Of a stretch of DNA of 64,000 nucleotides, positions 1 to 12,391 are shown piece after piece. The DNA comes from Flectonema sp. DT1601. Taxonomy: Eukaryota. Below the pieces are notes generated by a model. That model was not told the origin of the DNA and searched no databases. It saw only the letters and a program-made list of their open reading frames with translations. Numbering within the stretch: the first letter of the stretch is position 1; the number at the start of each line of letters is the position of its first letter. Where the stretch lies: the NCBI GenBank assembly GCA_964019425.1, contig OZ025783.1, forward strand, positions 1,550,001 through 1,614,000, read 5' to 3'. The position numbers and the translations under genes are program-made.

Positions 1-183
1 AAGGCAAAGATAGATTTAGAGAAAAAGATAGCTGGAGAAGATGTTGACGAATCGGCTCCAGCTCCACTTGGACCTTCTAAACACAACAAACCCAGCAGAT
101 CAAAAGACAGCACACCATACAAACTTGCTAGCAATTTCAATAATACACCAGCGAGATTACCTCGCAGATCCGGAGGTGGTTGA
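1..183 (+). CDS. 3' end of a gene entering the window (unknown product)
   Basis: Frame 1 is open from base 1 (KAKIDLEKKIAGEDVDESAPAPLG...RRSGGG) to TGA at 181-183, followed by T-rich 3'UTR-like sequence. Confidence 0.6.
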   Translation, partial: KAKIDLEKKIAGEDVDESAPAPLGPSKHNKPSRSKDSTPYKLASNFNNTPARLPRRSGGG

Positions 184-1072
184 CGGTAAGTAGACATAAG
201 ACACTACGGTACTGTTTTCTTAATTGTACCGTCTTGTTCTTATGTTGTTGTTAAGAGTCCACTTTTTTTTTTTTTTTTTTTTGAAAATTATCGCTTTATG
301 AATCGTTTATTTTTTAATGCTTTTTTTCCAGCAGCTGTTTTTTGACTTTCAGACCGTTCAATAGCACAGCAGTTGAAGTAGCGACAAAAAAGAAATGATT
401 GGCTTTAATTTTCTTTTTTTAGTTGTTTTCTTTTTATTTTTCGTTGATTTCTTTTTTTTGAAAAAAAAAAGTGGATTTCTTTCACTCATGACGAAATTAC
501 GGTGATGGGATGTGTATTTTTAGTGACTGATCTTTGTGGTTTAACAAAGACTTACTCATTTGAAAATTCACACTCCAAGACACTCCACTGATGTGACGCA
601 AGAACCACTCTTTTCACTCAAACGGTAAACTACTTGATTAGTTCTGTTAGTGATTCGTGTTCTAGCTGATGGTGGAATCAACAACCTGTTTTTTCGTTTT
701 TGACATTTGCCTTTCTTCGTAATTTTTTGTATAAAGAAATAATTTTCTGTTTGTTCCATTCATGATATTCAGAACCTGCAGCAGACTTAAAACTTAACTA
801 CACCTTTGTGGGTGAAGTTCTTGTTTACCTGAATGGAAAAAAAAAGAAAAGAAAAAAACCCACAAGAGAGGCCCGCTTACCTATCCCAGCTCACGAAGCC
901 TTTCTTGTATAGTGGTAGGGTACTATGGTTAAAAGACTGTTGTTTATGTCTAAGAGAACAACTCAGTTGCCTGGAATCTGGTAGCTGAGTTTATACCAAT
1001 CCCAATAATGAGATAGCAATACCTACCGAGTGTGTTATTATATTTTTATAGATATAACATTAGAAGTAAACA

Positions 1073-3331
1073 ATGAGGGCTCTAGCAGTGTCTGCACTGC
1101 TTGTTGGATGTTCTGCTGACATGTGGCAAGGAATCAGAGACGGTATTGATACTTGGTCAAACTTAAAGTACAACACTCACTTTGCTGTTAATGTTGGAGA
1201 CAAGACTGGAAGAAAATTTGTTTACAATGTTGGTAACACAACTATGAACACGAGAATGGCTGCCGCATCTACATCAAAGTGGCCATCAGCAGCCATGATC
1301 AGTAACGTTGTGAATGCTGGTCACATGTCGTACGATGACAAGGCTTCAAAGTATTTACCATGGTGGACAACAAACATTAGTGATACGAGAGTTAACATTA
1401 CTTTGAAACAAATGTTATCATTCACTGATGGTTATCAGGAAGACAAGTTTCCTGCATGCTCTGCAAATGAGTCTGTTCCATTACTTGAATGCGCGCAGAA
1501 GTTATATGAAATGACACCGCACACTGCGATTCCCGGAACCACTTGGAAGTACCTGGAATGTCATTATCAGTTTGCTGGTGCCATGGCGTCAGCTGCTACT
1601 GGAATGAATATGCATGAGTTGTATGAAAAGTTTTTATTCAAACCTTTTGGAATGGTAAACACAACTTACGGAACTCCTCCATACCTCAACCCTCAACTAG
1701 CTGCTGGTATGACTTCAACTGGTAATGATTACGAAAGATATCTTCAGGCAATCTTAAAGAACACCGTCCTACCGAAGACAATTACTGACATAATGGAAAC
1801 TGACTACACAGCTCCTCCAGTATCCCCAACTGGTATGTTCTTTGGTCACTACTGTATGGGTAATTTCTTTGAGTGCTACGGATACACGATTGGAATGAAC
1901 ATTTCACAACCGCGTGTCATTCCAGAACGTTGCGCTGTTGAGAAGATTCACTCTGACCCAGGACTTTGGGGATGGTTTCCAATTATGGACAGATCACGAG
2001 AGTTCTACATGCAGGTTGCTATCAAAGAAAACTACATTAAGGCTGGAATCCCAGAATACTTTACCATGATGGCAAAGCCTGTGATTAATAACATCCTTAA
2101 TGGTACTGATCCTGCTAAGGTAAACAGACAGGATCTGCTAACTGCTGGTGGTGGTATGATTCTTCGTGACTTGTTTGAGATTGATCTCGCTTCAAATGTT
2201 ATTCCAAGTGAACAACTTGAAGAGGAAGACGCAATCAAAAGTCTTTGGACTCCTCTTCACGAAGGGTTGGGAGGATGGCACCGTCAAGGATTCAGTAAGA
2301 AATTTGCCTTCAATGTTGGTAACGCTTCTGGAACTCAATTCACTGCATCACATGGTGACTTCTTTAATATGCGTACAAAGGTTGAGGGTGCATCATTGTC
2401 AAAATGGCCAGCTGCCTCAATGATTTCAGGACTCGTTGCTGACGGAACTCTTTCATTTGATGACCTCGCATCAAAGTATCTCAGTTGGTGGAGTACAGAA
2501 TCAAGTGATCCACGTTCTAGAATTACTCTTAGACATTTATTAACCTTTCAATCTGGATATCAGGAGGATAAGGAGGTTTCTTGTGCTAAGAACCCTTCTG
2601 GTAACTTCTTAGACTGCGCTCACGATCTTTACAATGCCCTCCCTGTTGGAACAGAACCAGGTACTAACTTTACCTATATCTCTGCTCATTTACAGTTTGC
2701 TGGAGCCATAGCTGCTCAGGCGTCAGGAATGGATATGGATGCGTTGTTTGATAAATATCTTTATAAACCAGCTGGTATGGTTGACACTACTTGGGGTGAG
2801 TCTCCTTACAAGAACCCTCAGGTAGCAACTGGTATCAAGACTACAGGTTCTGACTTTGAAGGATTCCTGAAGGGTTTGTTAACATACTCTCTTCTACCAA
2901 AGAATGTCTGTGATGAGATGGAGAAGGATGCATCTGCTCCTCCAGTAACCCCATCAGGAGATGGATGGTTTGGACACTATGGAATGGGACATTGGTTTGA
3001 ATGTATTGGATACGGAACACCACACGGTGCTTCAACACCTGTCTCACAGAAGTGCACTGAAGAAGCAATTCAGGCAGGTCCAGGACTGTACGGATATTAT
3101 CCATTAATTGATAGAAAGAGAGGTTACTACATGCAAGTAGTACTTCAGGAGTCAATGGAGAAGAGTGGAATCCCAGAGTACCTTCGTATCATTACCAAAC
3201 CAGTTGTCGATGCAATCATGTCCGGCAAAGACACTGCTAAAGTAAACCGTTACGATTTTCTAAAGGAAGGTGGTGGTCTCCTTCTCAGAGATTTGGTTTA
3301 CGTCCAAAAGTCTCGTGACAACGAACTTTAA
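1073..3331 (+). CDS. Secreted tandem-duplicated serine beta-lactamase-like/PBP-fold hydrolase
   Basis: 752 aa with an N-terminal signal-like peptide. Two homologous halves each carry SxxK (ASTSKW, ASLSKW), DD.ASKYL.WW, ITL..LL.F..G, PGT.(W/F).Y and PGL(W/Y)G. Upstream tttttatag acceptor-like site. Confidence 0.85.
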   Translation: MRALAVSALLVGCSADMWQGIRDGIDTWSNLKYNTHFAVNVGDKTGRKFVYNVGNTTMNTRMAAASTSKWPSAAMISNVVNAGHMSYDDKASKYLPWWTTNISDTRVNITLKQMLSFTDGYQEDKFPACSANESVPLLECAQKLYEMTPHTAIPGTTWKYLECHYQFAGAMASAATGMNMHELYEKFLFKPFGMVNTTYGTPPYLNPQLAAGMTSTGNDYERYLQAILKNTVLPKTITDIMETDYTAPPVSPTGMFFGHYCMGNFFECYGYTIGMNISQPRVIPERCAVEKIHSDPGLWGWFPIMDRSREFYMQVAIKENYIKAGIPEYFTMMAKPVINNILNGTDPAKVNRQDLLTAGGGMILRDLFEIDLASNVIPSEQLEEEDAIKSLWTPLHEGLGGWHRQGFSKKFAFNVGNASGTQFTASHGDFFNMRTKVEGASLSKWPAASMISGLVADGTLSFDDLASKYLSWWSTESSDPRSRITLRHLLTFQSGYQEDKEVSCAKNPSGNFLDCAHDLYNALPVGTEPGTNFTYISAHLQFAGAIAAQASGMDMDALFDKYLYKPAGMVDTTWGESPYKNPQVATGIKTTGSDFEGFLKGLLTYSLLPKNVCDEMEKDASAPPVTPSGDGWFGHYGMGHWFECIGYGTPHGASTPVSQKCTEEAIQAGPGLYGYYPLIDRKRGYYMQVVLQESMEKSGIPEYLRIITKPVVDAIMSGKDTAKVNRYDFLKEGGGLLLRDLVYVQKSRDNEL

Positions 3332-4399
3332 AATCCGTTTCTGAATGTCATTACAGAAATCTTTTTTTTTTTTTTTTTTAAAAATGTCTCTTTTAGGCAT
3401 GAATGACCCTTGATTCTTCGACCGTAATTAGCACCTCTAACGCGAAGTACTACAGCTATATACCAATGTTTGTAGTGCTGCGTGCTGGAGGTAAGGGTTC
3501 CCTTCCCATTCCACTAACATTATCTGTATCGTAACTGATGTACTGTTAGTTAACTTTTGATACCTTGAAAATAAAACATTTTATATCATTATAAATATGA
3601 CTCAAAAAAACCCCCAAACAGAAATGAAGAGGGGGGGGGGAAAAACGAAATTTAATAATAAAAAAAAAAGAAAAAAAAAGTGTTTTTCTCTATTTCCTGC
3701 CAAAGGGTTCGTCTTTTGTTGCTTGACTATGTGGTGTGCTAGTGGGAGTTGGGTTTTTTTTTTATAAATATCAGTTTATCTGGTATACTGTTAGCGGCTT
3801 TTGGTGACCGAGTTTCGTGTTATTTTTGTATTTTTACTGTAGTTTTAAACCTCATGGTTTGGATAATTACCTCTACAAAAGTGATCAACCAAGTCTGCTA
3901 ATAGGAGAAAAACCCCACAAACCCGCAAACCTTTTCTGCCTTTTTTTCCTTTAAGATGTTGAGGGACACCAACGCTTTTGTCAGATACGTAAGAAACTGT
4001 CAGTTATGAGTCACCACATGGGCTCAAACAAGTTGGTTGTTGAATGGGGCCGCTCTTTTTTTTTTTTCTTTATTCTCGATCGCTATTTTCTCGAATTTCT
4101 TAGCCGATGTCATCTGGTTCGCCAAAAACAGCTAAAATGGACGTTGTCACAAAGACGTGTCTTTCAAAAGGCTTTTATCTCTTTTTTTCCCTTATTTATT
4201 CACCCATCCCTTCTGTAGAGAATCTCATCTACCCATTTTTTAAAATAAAAATAAATATGTACCGTGACTGACAGGAGAGTTACTGCTGACCCAGCTGAGT
4301 GATTCTTCTTGTTTGTCCCTTACTAAGTAATTACTTCCTTGCATATATATTTTCTTTGTTGAAATAACAAGAACCTCTACTGTTATAGTGATACTGTGG

Positions 4400-4550
4400 T
4401 TTTTTTATGTTAGTTATTTAATTTCTAAGAGGCCAAGAAAAAAAAATGGCCGCACGTATTACATTGGTACTGATTGCCGTAGGAAGTCCACAGGGGTATA
4501 CCATTAACAGAAGGGTTGGAAGCACTTGATGAAGACTGCTATGGTGAAAC
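4400..4550 (+). pseudogene. Degenerate partial duplicate of the 5' end of the adjacent 4611-5153 gene
   Basis: 4400-4550 parallels ~4556-4722 (ttatgtta.ttatttaatttct.agaggccaa...atggcc.cacg...tacattggtactga...gtaggaagtcca...gatgaagactgct.tggtga), with indels and truncation. Confidence 0.75.
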
Positions 4551-4610
4551 TATAATTGTTTATGTTAATTATTTAATTTCTTAGAGGCCAAAAAAAATAT
4601 AAAAAAAAAT

Positions 4611-5153
4611 ATGGCCACACGCATACTGCTACTCTCTACATTGGTACTGACTGTCGTAGGAAGTCCAAAGGGGGTACCAATAACTGAGGGGTTAGAGGCA
4701 TTTGATGAAGACTGCTTTGGTGATGATCATCGTAAGATTTGTGGAATAAAATGGAATGAATGCAATCAACAATGTTCCAGAGACATCCAATGCTCTGCTT
4801 TTGTTTATAATTATAAAGAAGGCGAGGGAGGATCTCATGCAAGCTGGGACGACGGCTGTTGCTGGTTAAAAAAAGCCTGTAGCAAAGTTAAAAAAATGAA
4901 CGGAAAAAGAAGAGCTGTAATAAGATTATCGAACCATGTTCCAAAACAGGTTTCTCAACTTCAAGAACTACTAAGACACTCAGGTCCAGATGATGTGAAG
5001 GAATCTCTTAATGAAGTTCTGTCTGTGTTTTCTGCTGACGATATTAAAACTGAAGTATCTCGATGGATAACTAAAACACGTCGTAAGTTAGAAACAAAGG
5101 AAGAGCCACCTGAACAGCCAACTCAATTCCTGATACCAAAACTAACATACTAA
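4611..5153 (+). CDS. Secreted small protein with PAN/Apple-like Cys module
   Basis: Signal peptide; motif C.GDD...C..QC.....C.AF.Y...CCWLK typical of PAN/Apple domains. Confidence 0.6.
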   Translation: MATRILLLSTLVLTVVGSPKGVPITEGLEAFDEDCFGDDHRKICGIKWNECNQQCSRDIQCSAFVYNYKEGEGGSHASWDDGCCWLKKACSKVKKMNGKRRAVIRLSNHVPKQVSQLQELLRHSGPDDVKESLNEVLSVFSADDIKTEVSRWITKTRRKLETKEEPPEQPTQFLIPKLTY

Positions 5154-5231
5154 AGCTGAAAAGGTACTTTTTAGAAATACATCCATCCTTCTAAAGGGTT
5201 CTGAGTAATATTGTTGTCATGTTTGTTTGGT

Positions 5232-5256
5232 TTCTTTTTTTTTTTTTTTTTTGCAG
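5232..5256 (+). promoter_or_regulatory. Polypyrimidine tract + AG: putative spliced-leader trans-splice acceptor of alpha-tubulin
   Basis: tctttttttttttttttttttgcag about 100 nt before the ATG. Similar sites precede other genes (e.g. AGs near 1051, 51164, 57527, 58071, 59710). Confidence 0.6.
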
Positions 5257-5342
5257 GTCTGGCTTGCTACTCAGTTGCGCGGTTCTTACTTTTTTAATTA
5301 CCCCCCTTCAGCAACAACCCGTTTTACTTTTAAGCCCCTTAA

Positions 5343-6832
<1,490 letters not shown>

Positions 6833-7205
6833 ACCTTCGTCCTTTAATAAAATCATGAATATCTCTCACTACTCAACTTTACTCATTTCTCCTTGTTACT
6901 TTTACTCACTTTTATACTCATTTTTCTTTTCTTTTTTAAATCCGTTCGCTTCAAAACAACTTTTCTTTAAAACAATCGAAACTATCAAAAGTATTTTAAG
7001 ATTGTTTTTACAATAAAAGGTCATTTGGTTGCATCTTACGGTCTTTTTTTTTTTCTTCTTTTCCGGGATTTCTTTTTTGGTTGTTTTTCTTTTTATTAAA
7101 GTCTCCTTCAGGGAATATTAAAACTAAGAGTGATCCGCAGCTTCAAACTTCTTTTTATAACAGCATTTGAATAGGAGGGGAGTAGGTCACCATCTCACCA
7201 AAGAG

Positions 7206-10200
7206 ATGGTATCAAGACTACACAGAGATTCAGTATGCCCATACACAAGTGGTGGTAGTGAAAGCGACACACCATCAACCAATGACATGATTAGAAAGTC
7301 TTCTCTTGGAGGGAAACTATCAAAGAAAAAGAAGAGAAAAAGTCTTCTGAAGTGTAGCTCTAGAGTTTTAAGCAAAACACCTACACTTGATGATGATGTT
7401 AATTTAGAGAACAGCTTTAAGGAACTTGAAACAACTGATTTACCCATAATTAAAGGACGAGTGACGGTGTCATTAGCAAAGGTGACCGACGTATTGAGAA
7501 AAGACTTCTCTACTGACATAATTGAACTCGTTTTTAGAAAATATCAAATATCTGATAGCAATAAGGATCAAAATCTAAGTAAAAATGAAATGCAAACATT
7601 CATTAAAAGCATGAGACAACACTTAGACATGAGAATAGAACCACTCTTAATCCAATCTGAGGTAGTCGACGCATATCAATATTTCTCTTTAGATGAGAAG
7701 AACCCATTGTCCCTTGAGCAGGTTGCAAAATGGCTAATTATTCATTACAAAGAACCATTAAAAGAATGGAGCAAACAGGAAAAAGCATCAGCAAAAGCTA
7801 GCAGCAGTTGCTTACCGAAACTCATAGGAGGCAGTTTCAAACAACGGAAAAGTTCAATGAGAAAACTATCTCGAAGTGATACTGAGAGAAAACGAAAAGA
7901 CAGCATCAACAGTTGCACATCACCTGTGAGTATTATTACTGTCAATCTTGATGACCTTCTGGGACGATGGTGGACTCCTGATGGCACACTTGTTGATATT
8001 GCAATAGATTCTGAAAAAGCAACCCGAGCATTCTTCACAGATTCAAGAGGAAGACAAGACTTTGATAAGATAGGACCCTTCTACTGGTTGGATGATATAA
8101 AGGTTTTATCAAGCAATAATGCAGGAATCGCATGGGAGAACGGAATGGTGTGGTGTAAGGTATTACAGATACCGTCACCAACAGTGTTCTTATTACTTAA
8201 CCAAGTCGTTGATGAGCTTGTTATAAGAAATCAAATACATAAAATTATAAACTGCGAGACTGGTGTTTTCATCAACAACATTACAAACCTAGTAAGTGAA
8301 CCATCTGATGGTAGTAAAACTCGTTGGATAGCAGCTTCAGTGTCAACAGCTTTTTGGATATCATCACGTGATTGTGTAAGAGATTTTATGTTTTATATGA
8401 TGAGAGGATTTAGTCAAAAATCTGGTGATATTTTTCAAGAACTCTCCGACAACTTAGTTTTCAGCAACCCTGCAAATGCTTCGACTGTTTTGCTATCGCT
8501 CGTTGACGACATGTGTGATACGTATGGTCCAAAACATCCAAAGTTTTGTGGAGCTCAGCTACTAGTTTTATTGTTTATATCAGCATCAAGCGTTGACATA
8601 GATCGAATGTTGGGGTTTACTGACACTCCTCCATATTCTCCAAAAGAAATTGGATATCATGACTATTCAGTAAAACATGAAGGCACTCGTAATACTGATA
8701 TTCTAAAAGAGATTTATCACAGTTATCAAACAGTTTCTAATGCGACTACCTCGTCAGTTTATAAAAAAGGATACAACACGGTCATGAAATGGTGTCGTAC
8801 CTTTCAAGCATTAATGACGTGTCAAGAAAGAGTCATCGCAGATGATTTAAAGAGAAAGAGAGATTCAGTTTCAAGGTCGCCTTCAATTGATTTGGGTGAT
8901 ATTAAAAACAATTTACACAAAGAAGAAGAAAAGAATTATTTAGTACATGTTGTCAGTTCTGTTCCTGAAGAAATTTTTAGGAAGAATAAAAATCTTCAAA
9001 GTGAAGATCTGATTTACACGTCTGCTCCTGTTGTTCTTTCATTCGATGTTTTGTCAGCATCAGAAGGTCATCAACGTACTGGTCATAGTATTGTTTATAA
9101 GATTTCTAGAATACGAGATTTCATCCCCCCGCTATCATCAACAGCAACGAGTCTCATGCTACCTGCCCTCTGTGAATTCCGTGTTATAGATTCATCAAAA
9201 ACTGATCATGGTTTAATTATAAATATAGAATACCAACGCAGTTTCTCTCTCGTTGATGAATCTCCCTTATTCGATAAATGTGTTGTAATGCAAGGATATA
9301 CGTCAGCTGAGAGTAGGCTCAGAACAATTTCCAAAACCATTAAAAAAAAAGATTGCTGTGCTGTTTCGATTTCATTCACGGGAGTCGACGCCAAGAGTAA
9401 TTCTGCCAAGCTGATGAATGCTTGTGAGAATAACAATATAAAAGACTGTTTTGACTATTCTGAAAAAGTAAATTCACCTGGCCATCGCAGAACGTTAGGC
9501 ATACACCTACAGAAACAGGCAGCTGCTATTGCTACCAGCAGTGGTGCAGGTTGGAGGACTTTAGAAGGAGAGCTTTGCTTGGAATTACTACTACAGGCAG
9601 AGCTTTGTGGATTACCATTCCCAACAAGAAGGCCTTTTGGTAGAGTCTTGAAGTCACTCTCTGATGGATTCGCAAGTGATGCGGTTGCCCTCGCAAAAGA
9701 AGCAGAGTCTGTTGCTCACCTTCTCTCTACAGAAATCTATACTAATGAAATCACTCCTATCGACAGCTTCAACATCGCTCTTCGTGGAGTCCACAGAGCA
9801 GTTTCTCAAGAAGGTCCTCGTCGAGAAGATAATTATCAACAACTACTATCTGTTCAACATCGTATTGAAGAACTTGACTACACTTCAACTCTATCATTAG
9901 TAGTTGATTGGAGTGATCAGGAGGTATTAGGAAATCAATCTTGGAAAAAAGCGGTAGAGACCTACGCTGGTAGCATTAATACCTTCTTAGGATTCGTCTC
10001 TAAGGACAACCCCGCAACTGCAGAACATGTCGGTCGGGTACTAAAACTACAGCAGTCAGTTATAAAGGGAGACTGGAAGGAAGCTTCGCGAACACTCGTT
10101 TCATGGGATTTGAATGCTTTGGCACAACTAGGTGAGGATGGAATTAGAACACCTTGTGGCAATCCATTCAAAGCTAGTCAACAGAGAACATGTGAAAAGA

Positions 10201-11411
10201 TCTTACGAAGTATCGTTCACATTAACGATTACGGAACTCTTATAAAGGAAACGATTAATTGGTCGAAGATGTTTAATGTTTTTGAACTCTCGAGAGGATT
10301 GTCTGAAGTTTGTAGAAAGAAATCTCAAAACTTTGGAACACTCAAAAGATCAGTTGCGAAGAAGTTATTTAAAACTGCCATGAGACTAATGCAAAGTGAC
10401 GCTGACATCGATGAGCCAGATGAGATCATCTGGAGTGCGGTACTCGCTATACTCAACGTAGTCGGAAAACTAGGGGGAACATCACGCGCAACAGAATCAG
10501 AGCGAGAAGAGATTGCTGACATTACTCATCGACTTGCAAGAGACGGCAACAACGACGCTCTTGAAATAATATTACAATCATGTCCTTCATTAAAGAAAGA
10601 TTCATACTTCTCAACTGCACTTATTGTTAGTCAAAATACAAAACACCTTGCTGCTCTAACTGGAGAAGCGCTAACAACACTCCTCGATATTGAAGGCTCG
10701 ATGTATTCCTGTCCTATGAATGTTTGTTGTTACAGATCAAGGTTTCACACTTTAGATTTGCTTTTACTAAACTGGGGAGACCCATCGACGGAAGAAGATG
10801 GACAATCTCCACTTACTTTAGCAGCTGCGCAGCCTTCTTTTGAATCTTCTGATGGCTTGGAATTAATTAAACGACTGATCCCTGAAAAAAATAAAAAACT
10901 AATGACAACAAAAGCTCTTCAAGTATCCTCAAAAATCAACATAACGAATATATCTTTGTTAATGATTCAAAGTGGTGGTGATGTTACACATGTTGACACT
11001 GATGGTAGTTCGATATTTCATACGATGTGTAGTTCACTTCAATTCAGTGAAAACGCTGATGGAAACACTGCGATCAAATTAGCAGCGAATAAACTAACGT
11101 GTTCTCTTCGTGACAAGGCTGGAGAGACTCCCCTTCACCGAGCAGCTAGTTATGGCTGTATCGTTACTGTTGGTATTCTTATTGAAGCTGGTGCAGATCC
11201 GTCTTTACGAGCATCTGAAGCGATGCACTGTAGAACAGCTCTGCATTATGCTATTACTACCCCAGTGTTTGAGTGTGGTGAGGGGTTCAAAGCGATACTT
11301 GCAATGGCAACTCCCGAGTCTTTATCTGCTGTTGATACGAAAAAAGGACAAACACCAAAACAACTTGCTGAGTCTGAAAGGAAAAGCGGGATTGTTGCGC
11401 TTCTACAATAA
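7206..11411 (+). CDS. Large protein: N-terminal EF-hand-like motif, central degenerate ART-like region, C-terminal ankyrin repeats
   Basis: Open frame from 7167, first ATG at 7206. DSNKDQNLSKNE EF-hand loop; GETPLHRAASYG, TALHYA and GQTPKQLA ankyrin motifs. The ART-like call is weaker (see findings). Confidence 0.75.
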   Translation: MVSRLHRDSVCPYTSGGSESDTPSTNDMIRKSSLGGKLSKKKKRKSLLKCSSRVLSKTPTLDDDVNLENSFKELETTDLPIIKGRVTVSLAKVTDVLRKDFSTDIIELVFRKYQISDSNKDQNLSKNEMQTFIKSMRQHLDMRIEPLLIQSEVVDAYQYFSLDEKNPLSLEQVAKWLIIHYKEPLKEWSKQEKASAKASSSCLPKLIGGSFKQRKSSMRKLSRSDTERKRKDSINSCTSPVSIITVNLDDLLGRWWTPDGTLVDIAIDSEKATRAFFTDSRGRQDFDKIGPFYWLDDIKVLSSNNAGIAWENGMVWCKVLQIPSPTVFLLLNQVVDELVIRNQIHKIINCETGVFINNITNLVSEPSDGSKTRWIAASVSTAFWISSRDCVRDFMFYMMRGFSQKSGDIFQELSDNLVFSNPANASTVLLSLVDDMCDTYGPKHPKFCGAQLLVLLFISASSVDIDRMLGFTDTPPYSPKEIGYHDYSVKHEGTRNTDILKEIYHSYQTVSNATTSSVYKKGYNTVMKWCRTFQALMTCQERVIADDLKRKRDSVSRSPSIDLGDIKNNLHKEEEKNYLVHVVSSVPEEIFRKNKNLQSEDLIYTSAPVVLSFDVLSASEGHQRTGHSIVYKISRIRDFIPPLSSTATSLMLPALCEFRVIDSSKTDHGLIINIEYQRSFSLVDESPLFDKCVVMQGYTSAESRLRTISKTIKKKDCCAVSISFTGVDAKSNSAKLMNACENNNIKDCFDYSEKVNSPGHRRTLGIHLQKQAAAIATSSGAGWRTLEGELCLELLLQAELCGLPFPTRRPFGRVLKSLSDGFASDAVALAKEAESVAHLLSTEIYTNEITPIDSFNIALRGVHRAVSQEGPRREDNYQQLLSVQHRIEELDYTSTLSLVVDWSDQEVLGNQSWKKAVETYAGSINTFLGFVSKDNPATAEHVGRVLKLQQSVIKGDWKEASRTLVSWDLNALAQLGEDGIRTPCGNPFKASQQRTCEKILRSIVHINDYGTLIKETINWSKMFNVFELSRGLSEVCRKKSQNFGTLKRSVAKKLFKTAMRLMQSDADIDEPDEIIWSAVLAILNVVGKLGGTSRATESEREEIADITHRLARDGNNDALEIILQSCPSLKKDSYFSTALIVSQNTKHLAALTGEALTTLLDIEGSMYSCPMNVCCYRSRFHTLDLLLLNWGDPSTEEDGQSPLTLAAAQPSFESSDGLELIKRLIPEKNKKLMTTKALQVSSKINITNISLLMIQSGGDVTHVDTDGSSIFHTMCSSLQFSENADGNTAIKLAANKLTCSLRDKAGETPLHRAASYGCIVTVGILIEAGADPSLRASEAMHCRTALHYAITTPVFECGEGFKAILAMATPESLSAVDTKKGQTPKQLAESERKSGIVALLQ

Positions 11412-11611
11412 TCAAATCATTTTTTGTTTATACGAATGACATGTTTCTACAAGTTGTTTTCGATACGGTCAACTGATGTTTACACATTATGTGATTGTAA
11501 TCTGTTTTTATTATTTTGTTTGTAAGCTGCTTTTACGTTCAAAAGACACCTCAAATGGTTTCTTGTTTGTAGTATACTTTAATTTACATCTCAGGCTCCC
11601 ATTTAATTAGT

Positions 11612-12391
11612 ATGACTGAGGGTAAGCACCAACTGGAACACACGTGGACGATTTGGTATGATTCAGGTAAGACACGTCACGGGGGTAATTGGGAAGACAA
11701 TTTGAAAAGGGTTTGTTTTTTTCTTTTTAAAATTTTATTTATAATTACCGATACCGAAAAGAAAAACATCTAACCCAACGAGACACTAAAACAGGTTGCC
11801 GATTTCGACCAGGTTGAAGATTTCTGGAGCACTTATAATCACATTAAACGCCCTACATCATTGGAATTTGGAGCGAATTACCACGTTTTTAAGGTTTGTT
11901 ATTAACTGATTGCAAGGGAGGAAATATATTTCAGAAAAAAAAAAAGAAAAAAAAAACAAATACCAACAGTGCGGCATAAAACCTATGTGGGAAGACTCTG
12001 CCAACAAAGAAGGAGGTCGGTTTGTGATCAAAGTAGGTACCGGCAGAGATGAAACAGAGAAGTTAAACGAATATTGGGAGCACCTTCTGCTAGCAATGAT
12101 CGGAGAGTACGCGGAAGATGGAGTCACAGCTATTCCTGGTGGTCACATTACCGGGGCGGTGTTGGGTCGCCGTAAGCAACAAACGAAAATCTCCGTATGG
12201 ACGAGAGACAGATCCAAGAAAGAGGCGCTTGAGGAATTAAAGGTAAAGCTCATATCTCTACTTCAGGTACGTTATTTTTATCTCTTCAATTATACACAGC
12301 GATTGGCATTGAGTATCAAAAAAACAAATAAACAAACAAACAGCTTAAGGGAGATGCGACTAACATTCACTACGAAAATCATAACCCGTGA
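11612..12391 (+). CDS. EIF4E: Cap-binding translation initiation factor eIF4E (exons 11612-11710, 11795-11893, 11970-12266, 12344-12391; 180 aa)
   Basis: Spliced product HQLEHTWTIWYD...NWEDNL...VEDFWSTYNHIKRP...NYHVFKCGIKPMWED..N..GGRF...ISVWT. Three phase-0 GT-AG introns. Confidence 0.95.

Noticed and set aside
568..759. Minus-strand 63-aa ORF
   Set aside because: Short, against cluster orientation, and no convincing family motif; a decayed fragment cannot be excluded.
11612..12266. eIF4E exon lengths of 99, 99 and 297 nt
   Set aside because: No sequence similarity between the exons; likely coincidence.
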